Positions 38,115 through 50,659 of a DNA stretch of 64,000 nucleotides are shown piece after piece. This stretch comes from Mobula birostris (lineage: Eukaryota). Made by a program: the position numbers and the translations under genes. The stretch lies in assembly GCF_030028105.1 (NCBI RefSeq), contig NC_092377.1:21448782-21512781 (forward strand). Direction: 5' to 3'. A model generated the notes under the pieces. That model had not been told where the DNA came from and did no database searches. It saw only the letters and a list, made by a program, of their open reading frames with translations. The first letter of the stretch is position 1. Each line of letters starts with the position of its first letter.

Positions 38115-39180
38115 CAAATATGCACCTTCCAGGTGAGGCAACACTTCACCTGGAAATCTGTTGGGGTCGTCTACTGCAGTGGTCCCCAACCTCCGGGCCG
38201 CGGACCGATACCGATCCGTGAGGCATGCAGGAGTGCAGCGGTGGCTGAGACGCACCCAGCACATCGTTAAGAAAAAAGCTGAAATAAACAAGCTAATTAA
38301 TTACATGCTCAGCTTGATTATATCGACTTTTTTCTTAAAGATGTGCTGGGTGCGTCCCGGCTACCGCTGCACCCCCGCATGCTTCGCGGATCGGTATCGG
38401 TTCGAGGCCTGGAGGTTGGGGACCACTGGTCTACTGTATGTGGTGCTCCTGATGCAAACTCCTCTACATTGGTGTGTCCTGATATAGACTGGGGCACTGC
38501 TTTGTCCAACACCTCCACTTCACCTGAAAAAAGCAGGATTCCCAGGTGGACGACCGTTTTATTTCTTATCCCAATTCTCATTCTGTCATGTCGGTCCACG
38601 ACTTATACTTCTGCCACAATAAGACCGCTCCCAGCTTGAAGGAGCAACACCTCATATTCCATTTAGATAATGTTATGATGAGCCAAAACAACCAATGCCG
38701 ATTGGTCAGCTGACAAATCCCAAGCTGTCTTTCACTAATTGATCATGTTCTAATCAACGTCATCTTCTCTAGTGTAAACAGGCAGCCTCCAACCTGATCG
38801 TATGAACATCGATTTCTCCAATCTCTGGTAATTTTCCCCCCTCTTCCTTTCCTCTTCTTCCATTCACCACTCTGGCTCCCCTCTTACCTCTTCTCTTCTC
38901 CCCACCTGCCCGTCATCTCCCCCAGTACCAACCCCCACCTTTCTCCCATTGTCTACTCTCCGTTCTTATCAGATTCCTTCTCCAGCCTTTTACCTTTTCC
39001 CACTTAACACCTCCTAGCCTTTTACTTCATCCCCCTTCCTCTGCCCACCTGGCTTCACCTATCACCTTCTAGCTTGTCCTCCTCCTTGTTCCGGCATCTT
39101 CCCCCTTCCTTTCCATCGACTGTTTGTTTATTTCCATAAATGCTGCCTGGCTTGCTGAGTTCCTCTGGCATTTTGTATAT
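38115..39180 (+). mobile_element. Penelope-like GIY-YIG 3' fragment interrupted by a MITE
   Basis: TFQVRQHFTWKSVGVVYC|MITE|..., a pyrimidine-rich 3' region and the terminal repeat. Confidence 0.8.
38177..38428. mobile_element. Palindromic hAT MITE, 252 bp
   Basis: Termini cagtggtccccaacctcc...ggaggttggggaccactg; 8-bp TSD gtctactg at 38169-38176 and 38429-38436. Confidence 0.93.
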
Positions 39181-39904
39181 ACAGGTTTTACTGCTCTTAG
39201 CCTATGCTTCATGACATTGAAGATGATGGACCTCTATGATTTCTGAAACTATCAGAAACTGTATTCAGCTTCTATAATAGCACATTTTTAATTCATTGAA
39301 GTAGGTGTTGCCAAGAATCTCATTTTGTAAGTTCTTATGGAGAAACAATGAAACTGAAATGGTTCCATATCCTCTTACGCAGGAGTCAAGTAAATCCATT
39401 TGGCGCATCGAGTCCGCTCCATCATTTCATTAAGGCTGATTCATTTCCCTCTCAGCCCCAATCTCCTGCCTTCTCCCCATATCCATTAATACCCTGCCTA
39501 ATCAAGAATCAACATTACATCCTTGCTTTTACATTCTAGTCCTCTCAAAATGAACCTTGAATTATTAATTCTCTCTGTTTAGAAAATATGCTATCCTCTC
39601 AGAAGATGCTGTCAGCCACTGCAGCAAATGCCTTAATGGATTTAACACATAAATGTACATGCTGAAAATTGCACACCAGCTGAGAAATTTAAATTCAGTT
39701 ACTTAAATAACATTGATTAAACAAAAATTAAATCAGTAATAGTGATCAAGAATCTACTGGATTGGCACAAAAGCCCATTTGGCTCTTTAAAATCCTTTAA
39801 GGAGAATGCTGCTGTCATTTGTCTGAGCTGTATACAACTCCGGATTCACAGTCATGTGCTTGATTTCTGAAATGAACTACTTCATTGAAATTAATCCTTG
39901 AGGA

Positions 39905-40331
39905 CAACAATTGTCGCAGGACTCTGCAGAGAGAGGTGTGGACAGCCCAGCGCATCTGTGCATGTGAACTTGCCACTCTTCAGGACATCTACAGTGACAG
40001 GTGCGTAAAAAGGGCCCAAAGTATCATTGGGGACCCGAGTCACCCCTACCACAAACTGTTCCAGCCGCCACCATCAAGGAAACGGTACCGCAACATTAAA
40101 GCCAGGACCAACAGACTCTGGGACAACTTCTTCCACCAGGCCATGAGACTGATTAATTCACACTGACATAATTGTATTTCTAAGCTATATTGACTGTTCT
40201 GTTGTACATCTTATCGTACTTATATTTATTACAAATTACTATAATTTGCACATTCAGATGGAGATGTAACGTAAAGATTTTTACTTTTCATGTATGTGAA
40301 AGATGTAAGAAATAAAGTCAATTCAATTCAA
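39905..40331 (+). mobile_element. Rex1/Babar-like LINE 3' end
   Basis: IIGDPSHP..LF..PSRKRYRNIKARTNRL..NFFHQAMRLIN; aataaagtcaattcaattcaa tail. An inverted relative lies at ~52165-52392. Confidence 0.85.
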
Positions 40332-40516
40332 GAAGGTGGCTCACACTTTCTAAGAGTTCAGTAAAAGCACTCTTGCCAGCAACACACACACCCTCCACAA
40401 GAATTAAAGACGATCTTTCGCCAGGTCTGGGACTAGGTGAACCAGTGAGGCAGAAAACAAAAGTGACTTCATAGCCATGTAAAATAGGTAGTCAACGAAT
40501 AATTTTAAAAACATAC

Positions 40517-40690
40517 CCTTATCTGTTCGAAGACGTTTAAATGAGTCCGTTTTTGACAATCCTTGGTCACAGATTACTTTAGAGCCTAGCTTGACAGTCA
40601 AATCTATTGACTGGTAGCCTTGAGGGAGTTTGCGATCGTACAGAAGTGTTAGCAACTGAGCCAGTGTCACCTCTGCCAGCAGTGGTTGAC
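40517..40690 (-). CDS. BIRC6: BIRC6 coding exon (GQPLLAEVTL...KRLRTDK), 174 nt
   Basis: ttttccag|GT ... AAG G|gtatgt; TLAQLLTLLYDRKLPQGYQSIDLTVKLGS. Confidence 0.96.
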
Positions 40691-41919
40691 CTGGAAAAGA
40701 ACAGGGGGTTATTTTTGAGAAATTAAAAATCAACTATTAAAATTTATTACAAATCTTGCATTCAAAAAGAACAAAACTCCTCTTATTCAGTCGAAATTAC
40801 AACTTTTAAACATATGAACACACACTTGTTCGTCAATTCAAACAAACATCCACCCTCGTTAGTTTAACAAATCAACCATGAAATAATGCAGCTCTCTCAG
40901 CAACAGCAAAAATCATGGCACAAGGTTCAGATTAATGTGTGTTAAAGTGGTAATGTCATAGTTCTGTTACCGATTAGTAATCCACTAACATGAAATAACT
41001 ACACAGAAATCCAACATTGGCAGTTCAGCTTCTTTTCATTTTTTAAAACAAATTCTAACATCCAACATAATTGTCATGAAACTGTCAGAAAAAGCAACCA
41101 GTTCACCCCACAAAATCTGACCAATTTGTTACTCAAATGCTATCTCCAATTACTCTTGAATTATTCCTGAAATGGCTTAGTTGCATTAAACTGATAACCC
41201 AAGTGATTTTGCAAAGTCCTCTGTAGACAAGGTTATCAGATATGTCCCATGGATGAGTCAACCATCATCAACTGCTCTCGGACTTGTCTATCACCATCCC
41301 TGGATATACCTCTCTAGGTCTGGCGAAAAGGAAAATATAGCATCTTTGATTGGATTAAAGAAATATTAAATGGACTTTCCCCCCAGTGGTAATGAGTTTA
41401 TAATGACAACCTTTCTGTCACATGTTAATTTACAATTTAGGAAGAGGAATAATCCTCTCTCCTTGTTCTGGATTTGCTTCCATTCCAGTTTTGCAGCCGA
41501 TTATGAATGACCAAGGATAATGCAGTTCAAGGAGGTTCTGAGTTACTTCGAGTCTTCTGTGTTCATCTCTTTGCGATACAGAACTCAGTCTATTTGATCT
41601 TGGGTCTACTGTCAAACATGTGAATCGTGTGGATCACCAAACAGCTGATTGAATGCAACTTGGGCCTTTGCCTGGGAAAGGACACTGGCAATGATCCCTT
41701 AACCTTCCAATGAATTTGAAGTCTATGGCGTCAGAATGAGTTGTTTCTTTCTAGCTGGAGGTGGTCCAGATTTATAGGGCAGAGATTACTGCTGCCTGGC
41801 AGACCACGTGCTTTGTGCCAGGTATGAGGTCTTTATCTTTAAGTACCCTTTTCCTCAATTGAACAAAGGTTGTGCTGATGCCCTGAGGCCAGTTGTAAAT
41901 TTCATCATTGATGTTTGCC

Positions 41920-42897
41920 TCAGGGTGCATCTCAGGGGTGTGTGCTTTGCCCACTGTTCTACTCTCTATATACCATGACTGCGTGACTAGGCATAGCTCA
42001 AATACCATCTATAAATTTGCTAATGATACAAACATTCTTGGTAGAATCTCAGATGGTGACGAGAAGGCGTACAGGAGCAAGATATGCGAACTAGTAGAGT
42101 GGTGTCGCAAGAACAACAACCTGGCACTCAACGTCAATCAGACAAAAGAGCTGATTGTGGACTTCAGGAGGAGTAAGACAAAGGAACACATACCAATCCT
42201 CATAGGGGGATCAGAAGTGGAGAGAGTGAGCAGTTTCAAGTTCCTGGGTGTCAAGATCTCTGAGGATCTAACCTGGTCCCAACATATCGATGCAGTTATA
42301 AAAAAAGGCAAGACAGCGACTATACTTCATTAAGAGTTTGAAGAGATTTAGCATGTCAACAAATACACTCAAAAACTTCTATAGTTGTACCGAGGAGAGC
42401 ATTCTGACAGGCTGCATCACTGTCTGGTATGGAGGTGGGGGAGGCTACTGCACAGGACTGAAAGAAGCTGCAGAGGGTCATGAATTTAGTCGGCTCCATC
42501 TTGGGTACGAGCCTACAAAGTACCCAGGACATCTTCAAGAAGCAGTGTTTCAGGAGGGCAGCGTCCATTATTAAGGACCTCCAGCACCCAGGGCATGCTC
42601 TTTTCTCACTGTTACCATCAGGTAGGAGGTACAGAAACCTGAAGGCACACACTCAGTGATTCAGGAACAGCTTCCCTCCCCTGCAATTTGATTTCTAAAT
42701 GGACAATGAACCTTTTTTAATATATATTATTTGTTTTTTGCACAATTTTTAATCTATTCAATATATGTATATTGTAGTTGATTTACTTATTTATCATTAT
42801 TTGTTTTTTCTTCTAGATTATGTATTGCATTGAACTGCTGCTGCTAAACGAACAAATTTCACGACACATGCCGGTGACGATAAAACTGATTTTGATT
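41920..42897 (+). mobile_element. Rex1/Babar-like LINE RT 3' fragment, inserted in older degraded LINE sequence (~41430-44480)
   Basis: IYKFANDT...WC..NNLALNV..TKELIVDFR...FKFLGV.ISEDLTWS; LKNFYSCTEESILTGCITVWYG. Confidence 0.88.
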
Positions 42898-43395
42898 CCC
42901 TCTGCAAAGTGCAGGGTCTTCCTGTCAGAAGGCAACATGGTACAGAGTGTTCAGGCTGTTTGAGGATCTTTGTCTTGAAACAGTTAACTGCAAAGCTCTT
43001 CCTTTTGTATGCTTCAGAGAATGAGTCAACGTGGTTTAAAAGTTGCTTCCCTGTGTGAACAGATACAAGCACGGTTGGCATAATGAAGCTCAACTACTGA
43101 AGTTCCGATGACCTCAAATTTGGACTGCCCGTACATGAGAAATTTGTTGGAAGTAACATTATGCCAGGAACGATTTTAAAAAAGCATTCTGACCATGACA
43201 GTGACACTGACCTTCACTGAGATTGGCTCATGTTGGTTCTTATCATGTTGTCATAGATCAAACAAAATGAGCACACATTTCTGTGAGCAGCCAAACTTGT
43301 GGATAGTGTGCCACAATCAAGGTAGTTTATTGGCACTATCTTATGCACATTTCATAGAAATTGTCATACTGAAAATCATGTTCATACCTCTTGAT

Positions 43396-43474
43396 CGGGG
43401 TTTTCAACCTGGGATCCACGGACACCTCAATTAACATTAGGGGTTCATAGCATAAAAAAGATTGGGAACCCCAG
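43396..43474. mobile_element. Small hAT MITE
   Basis: cggggttttcaacc...gattgggaaccccag; near-identical 8-bp flanks ctcttgat and ctctagat. Confidence 0.7.
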
Positions 43475-45614
43475 CTCTAGATGAAAGAAATCCAAACTGC
43501 AGTTCAGGAGCAGCTCTTCAACCACTGGGAGGAGGCAGTTCAGAAGAACTTATCTCTAGTTATCACAGTGTTGTCTCCTTTCATGAAGATGATCAAAATT
43601 ATAGCATCTATGGTCTATTGGTATTTCTTCCGCAATCCAGATGTGGACAACAAGATTTTGGTTTTGTGACTGAAGCTCTTAACCACTAAGTTTAAGATTT
43701 CAGATTTGGCATCGTGTGCTCGAGACACCTTGTTATTTTTTCTAGCTGCATCAGGGTATTTAACATCATAGATCAGGAGTGGCAAGAAGAGTGGCCTGAA
43801 AAGAATTTGCTGTAAATTAGTGCCAAGCGTGCACACATCAAGAGTAAGATATTGGCTGAGGTCTTTGAACCTTCCTGTTTGCAATGATTGCCAAACTCTA
43901 ATAAGTTAGTCCATTGCTGGGTTGGGGTCTTGTGGGTTTGGGCTATGGATGGCTTTTCACAATGTTGAAGAATCCAGTTATGTCATGGTTGTCGGAGTTG
44001 CCAAGCTTCCTGCACTCTCTTCACCGTTCATCTGTTCTTTAGGTTATCGATTTTCACCTGGACCTCTGCATTTAGGTGCCATGGAGTTATTTTCCCCAGT
44101 TGGGGAATAGAGGAGCTTCTAAGTCCAACAACACCTCATATTTGCAGCTAATTAGTTCCTCAATCTCCAACTTACAATATTTTCATCAAAACTGCCCCAG
44201 TTCTCCTCTGTAGAGATGCTTAGAATTTCTAAACAAGAGCCAAATATGGCAGACATCATGAAAGCCAATTAAGTTGTGGACACCTTACTGCTCTTGTTGA
44301 CTGGACATCTATGACTTACTGCCTAATGACAACTTTATTTGGATGGCCCTGGTGAGTTCTGACATGAGTAGCTTGCATCTTGTTGATGTTGATGATTGGA
44401 GAGCAGGTTGATGCAAAAGAAAATAGTACAATGTAATAGCACAGGAGTCATCAGTAACTGCCACAAGGTAGAGGTATTATAAATATTCTGGTCTCTTGTT
44501 TGGACCATGTTATAATCTAATAGATGCCAGAACTTTAACTGGGGTTATTGTCATATTGTCTTGATTGGCTGGAGCTAGGGGTCAGGAATGCGACTAAAGT
44601 ACATCTGGAGCCAAAGTTCAGGAATGTGGTTAAATGTGCAGCCAAACCAAGGAGTGGGAACAATAAGCATCTAACTAGGGCAGAGACTGGAAGTTTAATT
44701 GGAAGCTGAGAACCAAAGGAAAGAGGCAGAGACAGGCATTTCAGGACATCATATACTCGAACAAATGGCAGGGAAAGCAGGAGTGTTGATGTACACAGGG
44801 ACAAGTTCATACTTCTCTGAAAGTGATGACAGATGTGGAAAAAGTTAGTGAAGCCAGCATTCAAGTTCAAGTTTATTGTCATCTGACTGTACAAATATAC
44901 AACCAAATGAAGCAAGGTTCCTTCTGGACCACAGTGCACCCACAAATACATACATCACAAACAAAATTTTACCACAAATATTTTGAAATATAATTCAAAA
45001 TGCATGTAGTGTGCAGAGGTAAACAATAAACACAACAGTAACAATAAACAGCTCACTGTCCTAGTGACATGATCTCGGTGGTGGCACGATATTCATTAGT
45101 TTCACAGCCTAGAGGAAAGCAGCAACATTCAGCATGCTTGGCTTCACAGACTGAGGCACTGGGTAGAGAAGTTGATATGTCTCATTAATCTGTACAAAAT
45201 CACTGATCGGCTACATTTCAGGAAGAATGTGGCAGCAGAAAAGATTCAGTACGATGTTGCCTGGAATGGAAGGCAAGAGTGATAGAGTCTTTTGCCTTGG
45301 CTGGGGAAGTCTTAAACTGGAGGGCATGGGTTAAGATGGAATACAGTTAAGGACATCCTGGGGGGATAAGATTTTCCACAGAGAGTGGCAGTTATATGGA
45401 ACAAGCTACCAGAGGAGTGGTAAAGGCAGATGCAATTACATTTTAAAGGCAATTGGACAAGCATTTGGAGAGGATATGAGAAAAAGACTACGGACCAAAT
45501 GTGGGCAAATGAGGTGGGTATAGATGGGTGAATGGCCCGATTCTATGCTATACAACCCTAATATTTAAAGGGTTCCAATGCCTTATTAATAACCTTCTTG
45601 TAGCATTTACTCAC

Positions 45615-45782
45615 CTTGTAAAAGCCTGTGATACAGATGGAACACGGGGACACTAATCGTTTTGTTAGTAGATTCTGAAGAAGAGGAAGTTGTTGCCAAC
45701 TTATCAGTCATCACTCTTCCTCTCCTGGATGGTGGTCGTGGGGGTGTAGATGAAACAGCTCTTTTTGACTGAGACTTTAGAC
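45615..45782 (-). CDS. BIRC6: BIRC6 coding exon (GLKSQSKRAV...YHRLLQ), 168 nt
   Basis: ttaacag|GT ... CAA G|gtgagt; GLKSQSKRAVSSTPPRPPSRRGRVMTDK...VPVFHLYHRLLQ. Confidence 0.95.
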
Positions 45783-46044
45783 CTGTTAAAGTATGAAACA
45801 GTGTAGGGCCTGTGACACATACTCAAGATAAATGTTCATTTATTTTAAACCTAAACAGCAAGTTACAGAGCATGCTTACTAACTGCAGAGTTTTCTTTTA
45901 TATGAACCATGTCCAGTAAAATCTAACCCAGAGTGCAGATGGCACGACCGTGTAGTCCCCAAGTCATATTTAATATTTTCAATCAAAGATCACCAACGTA
46001 GCAGGCAGGTGCTCAGTAAGCTTTGCTTGAATGAAAAATGCACA

Positions 46045-46900
46045 ACTATCACACTCCCCATGGATCACCCTCCTGGTACTTATCCTTCCAAGTGGACCTC
46101 ACCACTGATCTCCCTCCTGGCGCTTACCCTTGCAAGCAGAACAAATGCCACAGCTGCCCCTACACCTCCTCCCTCACTACCATTCAGGACTCCAAACAGT
46201 CCTTCCAGGTGAGGCAACACTTCAGCTGCGAGTCTGTTGGGGTCATCTACCGTATCCAGTGCTCCTGGTGTGGCCTGCTGAATATCAGTGAGACCCAGCA
46301 TAAATTGGGAGAGTGCTTCACCAGGCACCTTTGCTCCAACTGCCAGAAAAAGGAGGATCTCCTGGTGGCTACCCATTTCAATTCTACTTCCGATTCCGAC
46401 AGGCCAGTCCATGCCCTCCTCTATTGCCATGATGAGGCCACTCAGGTTGGTGGATCAACACCTTATATTCCATCTGAGTAGCTTCCAACCGGATGGCACA
46501 AACATTGATTTCTTGAACTTCAGGTATTTGCCCCTCCCTCCTCTCCTTCATTCCCATTTTCCTCTCTCACCTCCCCCTCTCTTTTCCTCCATGGTCTTCT
46601 GTCCTCCCCTTTCAGACACCCCTTCTCCAGCCTTTTATCTCTTTCACCAATCAACTTCCTAGCTCTTTACTTCATTCCCTCCCCTGGTTTCACCCATCAT
46701 CTGCCATCTTGCACATCTTCCTCACCTCCCCCCATCATCTTACTCTGACTTCTCCCCTTCCTTTCCAGTCCTGATGAAGGGCCTTGGCCCAAAATGTTGA
46801 CTGTTTACTCTTTTCAATAGATGCTGCCTGACCTGAGGAGCTCCTCCAGCATTTTGTGTGTGTTGCTTTGGATTTCCAGCATCTGCAGATTTTCTCATGT
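46045..46900 (+). mobile_element. Penelope-like retroelement 3' end: GIY-YIG endonuclease plus terminal repeat with degenerate hammerhead at 46766-46803
   Basis: C..CP...FSCESVGVIYRIQCSWCGLLNISET...HL...VATHFN; then cagtc-ctgatga-agggccttggccc-aaaa-tgtt-gactg. Confidence 0.88.
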
Positions 46901-47669
46901 CTGTGTAACTACCACACTCATACAGAAAATATCAGAGATTGATGAGGAAATAAAATGGTTCAGAAAATATCAAACGCTGCTCTATACTCAACTGTCTACA
47001 TTTGCTGCCAAGATCAGTTGCATGAAATTTGCTTGATGAAAACCTCCTTGAAAAGAGGATGGGAAAATGCAAATTAAGCCATGAATTGTGGTAACTTGGT
47101 TTATAGTAAAGTGCTCAAGTCTGCAAAAATCAATGAAATTGAACAAGGATTGTTGCATCAATGGGCCTCTATTTTGTGTATCAACATCTTACACTGAATT
47201 TATAAGACCACAAGACATTTATGTAGTCAAACAACCTCAAATTAGAGTAGGAATCTAACTAAAAGAATTTGCACGATAGCAGGGTTAGTCAACATGGCCA
47301 CTTTAGTTATTGACTAATGTAGAGAACTCATTTGAAGAACATAAAGCCTAAATCAAATCCATAGTAATATATTACAGGAAATCTATGCTTTAAACACCAA
47401 AACCAAATATAGCTTCAAATAAAATTATTTCACTAGAATCTACTTTGATGGCTGAAACAATCCTCTGTTAAAAAGGCCAAAGTCATAATATGTGTATCCT
47501 ATGTGTATAATAGGATTTATACACATCACTATAAATCCTATTCACAATTTTTCTCTATTCTGAAATCAAAAAGTCACTAAACTCTTTCACTGGTTATCTG
47601 AAGGGAATGAGGGGCTCAAAACAATGAAGCAAAATTACACGATCCCACATGTATGTCAACATTAATTAC

Positions 47670-47801
47670 CAGAGGCAACAACAACACTGTAGTTGTCCTG
47701 GAACCCATTGTCGTTCTTCAACTTGTCCTTCTCCTCCTGGTTCCTTTTCTCCTTTTCCTCTTTTTGCTCACTAATCAATTTAGCAGTTATACTTGGTGTA
47801 T
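47670..47801 (-). CDS. BIRC6: BIRC6 coding exon (DTPSITAK...VVVAS), 132 nt
   Basis: cattag|AT ... TCT G|gtaatt; DTPSITAKLISEQKEEKEKRNQEEKDKLKNDNGFQDNYSVVVAS. Confidence 0.95.
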
Positions 47802-48157
47802 CTAATGTGCAAACAAAGACAAAGCAAAAATAGATGTCAAGACAAATACTCCAATAATAACTATGAAAAGAATCTCTCTACCTCCAGTTACCATTAAGAA
47901 ATATCTGCAATTCTTAAATGTACATGCGACATTGAAATTCGCTCTTCTGGATACAAATAATTCGTCCTTCAATCTTACTGAGGCACAAGGTATTAATGCT
48001 TCACACATTACATCTTTTATTCACTTAACAGGAGCACACTTGTAATGCAGGGAACAATAAACTTTAAAGAATTGTTAAAGTTGCTCAAGAGTGATGATGT
48101 ATAAAACCAGCACTGGATATTAACAAAGTAGAAGTTAACCACTTTGAAGCCAGCAAT

Positions 48158-49104
48158 CAGTAATCCGGTTCCACTGCTAGTTCGGACATAATTTTTGCTA
48201 GCCTAATTTCAAATTTCCTGCGTCACTGCACAAACCCATTGCCACCGTTTTGGTGGCACCATTAGCAGACTCAGCTTTTGGCGCAGTCTTTAAAAGAAGC
48301 AAGTCATTCCTCTGCTATTCTGTATCGATCTTTATAACCTGTGTTTATCTCGCCCCAGTCATGTCGTCATTGAATAAAGGAAGTGCTTCTCATGGTGCAA
48401 AGCGCAAACACCATATGTTATTTATACAAGGTGGAATTTCTGAAAAAACTCAAGTGGTGTGTCTATGAAAAGCATATGTGACTTGTATAAAATTGGCCCT
48501 TCCATAGTTTATGATATAAAAAAAACTAAAAGAAAAATTGCTCCAGTTCTTTACCGACAGCAAATCAAAAAAAAAATGTGCACAAGGAAAAAAAATGAAA
48601 GATGGAAGATGTTCACAACTAAATAAGGTTCTTATAAAATGGTTTAAACTCCATGTCAGCAAAGGTGTAGAGCTCTCAGGACAGATGGTGAAGGAACAAG
48701 TGAAATTATTTCATGAAGAATTCGGACTGGATTATGAGTGTGATTACTGAGAAGGGTGGCTTCAGCACTTCAAGCAGCTACAAGACAAAGTTTCATGCAG
48801 TGCATGGTGAAAAACAGTCAGCAGACACGGAAGCAGCTGCTGACTTTGTTGATGAGTTTAATAAGTTAGTTTCTGATGAAAAATTTAAGCCCCGAGTTCA
48901 CCTGCTTTTCATTTGTCATTTCTTTTTTCGTTATTCACCAACTTGCAGTATTTACTGGGTACTTTAAAGGTAGGGTGAGGTGATCAAATGGGTTAGAGGT
49001 GCTTATTTATTTAATCCTAACCTAACTACCTGTGATTTTACAAAATCACTAATCCAACACTGCACAGGTCCCAGTCGCTCCAGATTTGTGGTGGTCAACC
49101 TGTA
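48158..49104 (+). mobile_element. Tigger/pogo DNA transposon deletion derivative (N-terminal HTH/CENPB remnants)
   Basis: AKRKH..L; LNKVLIKWF...GVELSGQMVKEQ...; GWLQHFK; HGEKQSADTEAA; frameshifted. Confidence 0.8.
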
Positions 49105-50084
49105 TTATCAAACACGATTAGTATTACATAAAATTGCAAAATTTGCTTCTACACTACTTAATCCAAATGGGAAAAAAAAACACACTAACCATTAAAAGTC
49201 TGAAAGAACACATTCCCTTGCAATTATCTGGTGCAACATGGAAAATGCAACATTTAACACTTCTGATTGTTAGCATGGTTGTACAACCTATGGGTTCACT
49301 TTTCAAGGACTCCTCATTTCATGTTTTGATATTTGTGTTTAATTATCTTTTTATCTCTTGTATTTGCACCACTGGTTGTTTGTCCACCCTAATGGGTGCA
49401 GTCTTTCATTGATTTTATTATGGTTCTTGGATTTACTGAATATGCCCGCAAAAAAACAAATCTCAGGGTTGTATATGGTCACATATATGTACCGATAATA
49501 AATTTACTTTGAACTTTAATATTAGAATTACTACACTAATTAACAAAGAAGGGTATCACTTCTGTTAGCGTGGAAAATGAAAAGGTATCCAATAGCTACA
49601 AAGTAAATCAACATTTCCTACTTTCTGTGAAAACATGAACATAGAAATTAACAAAATTAAAATTACCACTTTAATGATATTCTATGGCCACCAGCACTGA
49701 TCAAATATAGCTGTAAATACAGGTAAAGTTCTACATTTCTATTTCAGCAATTTCAGTTTTTTTTTACTTAAATTATAAGAATGTAATCTGTCACAAGGGT
49801 GTATACATTAACTAAATAGAATTATTCACAGTCTTGCAGACAATGTATGAAATAAACCACCTAAGCACATCCAGAACTAATCATTTCCTCATAATCTTCT
49901 ACATTATAGTAATTAATGGAATTTATAGCAAAGCTCTTTTTGTTTTGTTTCCCCCCCCCCCCCCCCACCAACCCCTATGAAGCTCTTTCTATATCAGGGA
50001 CTTAAATGTCACAGCTACATTTTGGATTAACATAATTTTACTAGTTTTTGCAACAAGAACGTTACATCAAATAAATTAACCTAC

Positions 50085-50214
50085 CTGATACACGGTCCAA
50101 AACTTCTGCTAATGTAGTTGAAATTGGCAAATGAAGAGTTCGATATTTATGCCCAGCTCCATACATAGGATGTTGGATCACATGGCTAGTGGCATTAATT
50201 CGACCTTTATAAAG
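50085..50214 (-). CDS. BIRC6: BIRC6 coding exon (LYKGRINATSH...VLDRVS), 130 nt
   Basis: ttacag|CTT ... TCA G|gtaggt; LYKGRINATSHVIQHPMYGAGHKYRTLHLPISTTLAEVLDRVS. Confidence 0.96.
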
Positions 50215-50659
50215 CTGTAAAAAAATAAAATAAATAAATCACAGACGATCACAATTTTGTTTAAAAAAAAAGCAACTCCGCTGAAGTAGAAATCGACAAG
50301 TTAACTAAGTTTTGATACCGCCTGCCCAATGAGAACAAACGGTTGCAATTATACTCACCGTCTCCATTCTACTTCCAACCACTTTTGTCATCTATCCCTC
50401 ATCTAACTTTGATCATTAGCAGCTTTCTAAATTATTCCTGCTGATCTTTGCATTTACATTTATGATTACGACTCTTCATTCCTGACCTCTCACTTACTTA
50501 CCTTCTCCTTAAAGGCTCTGATGGTATTCTAACCTTACTTTTATACACACTGTACTATCAAGTCAATAAGAATCTATACCACATATCATGCAAGTTACAA
50601 GCTGCAATTGAACACCACCTAGTTAGACTAATTTGATATTTGTAGGAACCCCAGGGTAG

